A stretch of DNA of 64,000 bases from Candidatus Omnitrophota bacterium (GTDB taxonomy: Bacteria; Omnitrophota; Gorgyraeia; 1-14-0-20-64-10): the NCBI GenBank assembly GCA_023248155.1, contig JAHFFE010000002.1:256864-320863 (forward strand), given 5' to 3'. Numbering within the stretch: position 1 is the stretch's first letter; every line of letters begins with the position of its first letter. The notes beneath the pieces were generated by a model, which searched no databases, was not told the origin of the DNA, and was given only the letters and a program-made list of their open reading frames with translations. Positions 61,055 through 64,000 of this stretch are shown here, one piece after another. The position numbers and the translations under genes were made by a program.

Positions 61055-64000
61055 ATGGGAAATTCCGCTTCTGCTGATTTTGTTCATCTGCATGTGCACA
61101 GCCAGTATTCATTGCTGGATGGCGCCTCCCGTCTTGCCGATTTAGTCGCCGCCGCGAAGAAAAATAATATGCCGGCCGTGGCGCTGACGGACCATGGCAA
61201 CATGTACGGCGCGATTGATTTTTACCGCGAAGCCGAGAAAGCCGGCGTCAAACCGATCATCGGCATGGAAGCCTATATCGCGCCGGAATCCCGCTTAACT
61301 AAGGAAGCGAAGGGAATCGACGAAGCGTCGTTCCATTTAATTCTGCTGGCCAAGGACATCGACGGTTACCGCAATTTAATGAAGCTCTCCTCGATTGCCA
61401 GCCTTGAAGGATTTTATTACCGGCCGCGCATCGATAAAGAAGTGCTGGCAAAACATTCCAAAGGGTTAATTTGCCTTTCGAGCTGTCTGCAGGGTGAAGT
61501 CAGTTATTGGTTGAACCGCGACGATCCGGCCAAGGCGCGCAAGGCGGCCGGCGAATTCTCGGGACTTTTCCCGAAGGGCGATTATTACCTCGAAATCCAG
61601 GACCATGGCATTAAAGATCAGCGCAAAATTATTCCGGCCATGCTCGAGCTGGGCAAAGAAATGGATATTAAGGTCGTCGCCACGAACGACCTGCATTATC
61701 TTGAGAAAGGGCAGGCGCGCGCGCATGAAACGCTGCTCTGCATTCAAACCCAGACGACGCTCGACGATCCGAAACGGTTCAAGTTCGAGACCGATGAATT
61801 TTATTTCAAGTCGGCCGATGAAATGAAGCGCGTGTTCGGCGAGATTGAGAGCGCGTTGTTGAATACGCGCGAGATCGCCGAGAAATCAAACATCAAGCTG
61901 GAATTCGGGAAATATCATCTGCCGCATTTCACGCCGCCCGAAGGGAAGACCGAACCGGAGTACCTCGATGAACTGGTCAAGGAAGGGCTGGCCAAGCGGT
62001 ATCCGCGCGCCGATAAAAAAGTGCATGACCGGCTCGCGCATGAGCTCGGTGTTATTTCCAAGACCGGATTTATCAGTTACTTCCTGATCGTCTGGGATTT
62101 TATCCGTTATGCCCGATCGAAACAGATTCCGGTGGGGCCGGGCCGCGGTTCGGCCGCCGGTTCGGTGGTCAGTTATTGTTTGGGCATTACCGACTTGGAC
62201 CCGATTGAGCATGACCTGATCTTCGAGCGGTTTTTAAACCCCGACCGCATTTCGATGCCCGATATCGACATCGACTTTTGCTATGAGCGCCGCGGCGAAG
62301 TGATCGATTATGTTTCCAATAAATACGGCAAGGGGAATGTCGCGCAGATCATTACGTTCGGAACGATGCAGGCCAAAGCCGTCGTGCGTGATGTGGCGCG
62401 CGCGATGGGTTTTTCGTACCCCGAGGCCGACAAGATCGCCAAGATGATTCCGTTCGAACTGAACATGACGCTGAAAAAAGCGATGGAGATGGTGCCCGAC
62501 CTGCGCAAGATGTGCGAGACCGACGGGCGCGTCAAGCAATTGATTGAAACTTCACAGGTGCTGGAAGGGCTCACGCGCCACGCTTCAACGCACGCGGCCG
62601 GCGTCGTGATTGCCGACGGCGACCTGACCGATTATGTGCCGCTGGTCAAAACTTCGGAAGGGCTGATCTCGACCGGTTACTCGATGGATGCCGTTGAGAA
62701 AATCGGCCTGTTGAAGATGGACTTTTTGGGCTTGCGCACACTGACAGTGCTCGACGAGGCGGCTAAGCTGATCCGCCAGACGCGTGATATCCCGTTCGAT
62801 CAGGAAAAGATCCCGCTGGAAGACGCGAAAACTTACGCGATGCTCGGCAAGGCCGAATGCACGGGCGTTTTTCAGTTGGAATCGAGCGGCATGCGCGACC
62901 TGGTGCGGCGGCTCAAGCCGGACCGGTTTGAGGATTTGGTCGCGCTGGTGGCGCTGTTCCGCCCGGGACCTCTCGGCTCCGGCATGGTCGACGACTTTAT
63001 CCGCCGCCGGCATGGGCAGGTGAAGGTGGCCTATGACCATCCGAAACTGGAACCATCGCTGAAAGATACCTACGGCGTTTACATTTATCAGGAACAGGTA
63101 ATGCGGATCGCCAACGAGCTGGCCGGGTTTACGCTTGGACAAGCCGATATGCTGCGGCGCGCGATGGGTAAGAAGACGCCCGAGGTGATGGAAAAAGCGC
63201 GCGGTGATTTCGTGAACGGCTGCGTGAAAAACGGCGTCGACCGGCAGACCGCCGAAATGATTTTCGACAAGATTGAATATTTTGCAGGGTACGCGTTCAA
63301 CCGGTCGCACAGCGCGGCCTACGCGCTGATTTCGTACCGGACTGCCTATTTAAAAGCCAATTATCCGGTCGAGTTCATGACGGCATTGCTGACCAGTGAG
63401 CGCGAAAACACCGACAAGATCGCCGAGTATATCGAGGAATCGCGCCGCATGAACATCGCGATGCTGCCGCCCGATGTAAATGCCAGCTTCGCGAAATTTA
63501 CCGTTGAGGATGGCGGCATCCGCTACGGTCTGCTGGCGATCAAGAATGTGGGCGAGAAGGCGATCGAATCGATTATTCAGGTGCGAAAAGAGCAGGGGCC
63601 ATACAAATCATTAGTCGATTTCTGCGAGCGCGTCGATACGCGCACGGCCAACAAGAAAGTGATCGAATCACTGATCAAGGTCGGCGCGTTTGATTCATTG
63701 AAACCGCACCGCGCGCAGCTGCTGGCCGCTCTGGAGCAGTCTATGGAGGTCAGTTCCAAGCGGCAGAAGGAAAAAGTCGACGGCCAGCTTTCATTTTTCG
63801 ATGTGTTCGGCGGCGCGGCCGCCTCGAAGGCCGAAACGGCCGCTCCGACGGTTGAGGATTGGACCGAGGAACAGCGGCTCGGTTTTGAAAAAGCGCTGCT
63901 CGGTTTTTATTTGTCGGGGCACCCGCTTTCGGCGTCGGAACCGGTGATCCGTTTGTTCAGTAAAACCACAACGGCCGATCTAATGCAGGGACGCGACGGC
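61055..64000 (+). CDS. dnaE: DNA polymerase III alpha subunit, N-terminal ~980 aa (runs off the 3' end of the window)
   Basis: MGNSASADFVHLHVHSQYSLLDGA… PHP domain. …GRGSAAGSVVSYCLGITDLDP… and the …FNRSHSAAYAL… polymerase core. No stop codon before the window end. Confidence 0.95.
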   Translation, partial: MGNSASADFVHLHVHSQYSLLDGASRLADLVAAAKKNNMPAVALTDHGNMYGAIDFYREAEKAGVKPIIGMEAYIAPESRLTKEAKGIDEASFHLILLAKDIDGYRNLMKLSSIASLEGFYYRPRIDKEVLAKHSKGLICLSSCLQGEVSYWLNRDDPAKARKAAGEFSGLFPKGDYYLEIQDHGIKDQRKIIPAMLELGKEMDIKVVATNDLHYLEKGQARAHETLLCIQTQTTLDDPKRFKFETDEFYFKSADEMKRVFGEIESALLNTREIAEKSNIKLEFGKYHLPHFTPPEGKTEPEYLDELVKEGLAKRYPRADKKVHDRLAHELGVISKTGFISYFLIVWDFIRYARSKQIPVGPGRGSAAGSVVSYCLGITDLDPIEHDLIFERFLNPDRISMPDIDIDFCYERRGEVIDYVSNKYGKGNVAQIITFGTMQAKAVVRDVARAMGFSYPEADKIAKMIPFELNMTLKKAMEMVPDLRKMCETDGRVKQLIETSQVLEGLTRHASTHAAGVVIADGDLTDYVPLVKTSEGLISTGYSMDAVEKIGLLKMDFLGLRTLTVLDEAAKLIRQTRDIPFDQEKIPLEDAKTYAMLGKAECTGVFQLESSGMRDLVRRLKPDRFEDLVALVALFRPGPLGSGMVDDFIRRRHGQVKVAYDHPKLEPSLKDTYGVYIYQEQVMRIANELAGFTLGQADMLRRAMGKKTPEVMEKARGDFVNGCVKNGVDRQTAEMIFDKIEYFAGYAFNRSHSAAYALISYRTAYLKANYPVEFMTALLTSERENTDKIAEYIEESRRMNIAMLPPDVNASFAKFTVEDGGIRYGLLAIKNVGEKAIESIIQVRKEQGPYKSLVDFCERVDTRTANKKVIESLIKVGAFDSLKPHRAQLLAALEQSMEVSSKRQKEKVDGQLSFFDVFGGAAASKAETAAPTVEDWTEEQRLGFEKALLGFYLSGHPLSASEPVIRLFSKTTTADLMQGRDG

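Overview
This 64-kb window comes from a high-GC bacterial chromosome (about 60% GC in core genes). All ~60 protein-coding genes and the single tRNA lie on the + strand.

Positions 1-42.8 kb are tightly packed housekeeping and biosynthetic genes: recA (3' end), htrA, recX and alaS. These run straight into a fused his (hisDBHAFI) and trp (trpEGDCF-htpX-trpBA) array, which continues without a gap of more than 16 nt into manC, rpe, a phosphohexomutase, lepA, lepB, pgsA, der and plsY. Next come gpsA, tRNA-Pro(GGG), and a threonine cluster (hom, thrC, an ApgM-family phosphoglycerate-mutase-like gene). A ~280-nt structured leader with a Shine-Dalgarno-sequestering 19-bp inverted repeat precedes lysC, cimA-like, valS and nadC. 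These are followed by uvrB, birA, an nfeD-like gene and coaX.

Positions 42.9-49.6 kb hold a lower-GC 1504-aa secreted HEAT-repeat protein with a HEXXH motif, and a 724-aa TPR lipoprotein with an internal two-module duplication.

Positions 49.6-52.0 kb hold a sigma70-like promoter plus a CIRCE-like operator driving an unusual groES-groEL-groES arrangement.

Positions 52.1-56.4 kb form an accessory islet with an AT-rich core (about 43-47% GC). It encodes a SEC-C-motif protein with a possible PD-(D/E)xK motif, a PEGA-domain lipoprotein, small membrane proteins, an ORF6N/KilA-N-type protein and a secreted protein. Every intergenic region of the islet carries GGTACC-containing repeat motifs. The ORF6N gene carries two 29-bp perfect palindromes that share an identical 17-bp core, one inside the coding sequence and one forming its terminator.

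Positions 56.4-64.0 kb hold an ABM monooxygenase, an IMPDH-related protein, rlmN, guaA, a small Met/Cys-rich membrane protein and the 5' part of dnaE. A ~32-nt hairpin repeat occurs at 52.0 and 58.0 kb, bracketing the islet.

No CRISPR array, rRNA, integrase or transposase was seen. Protein assignments rest on recognisable conserved motifs in the supplied translations; no database search was possible.
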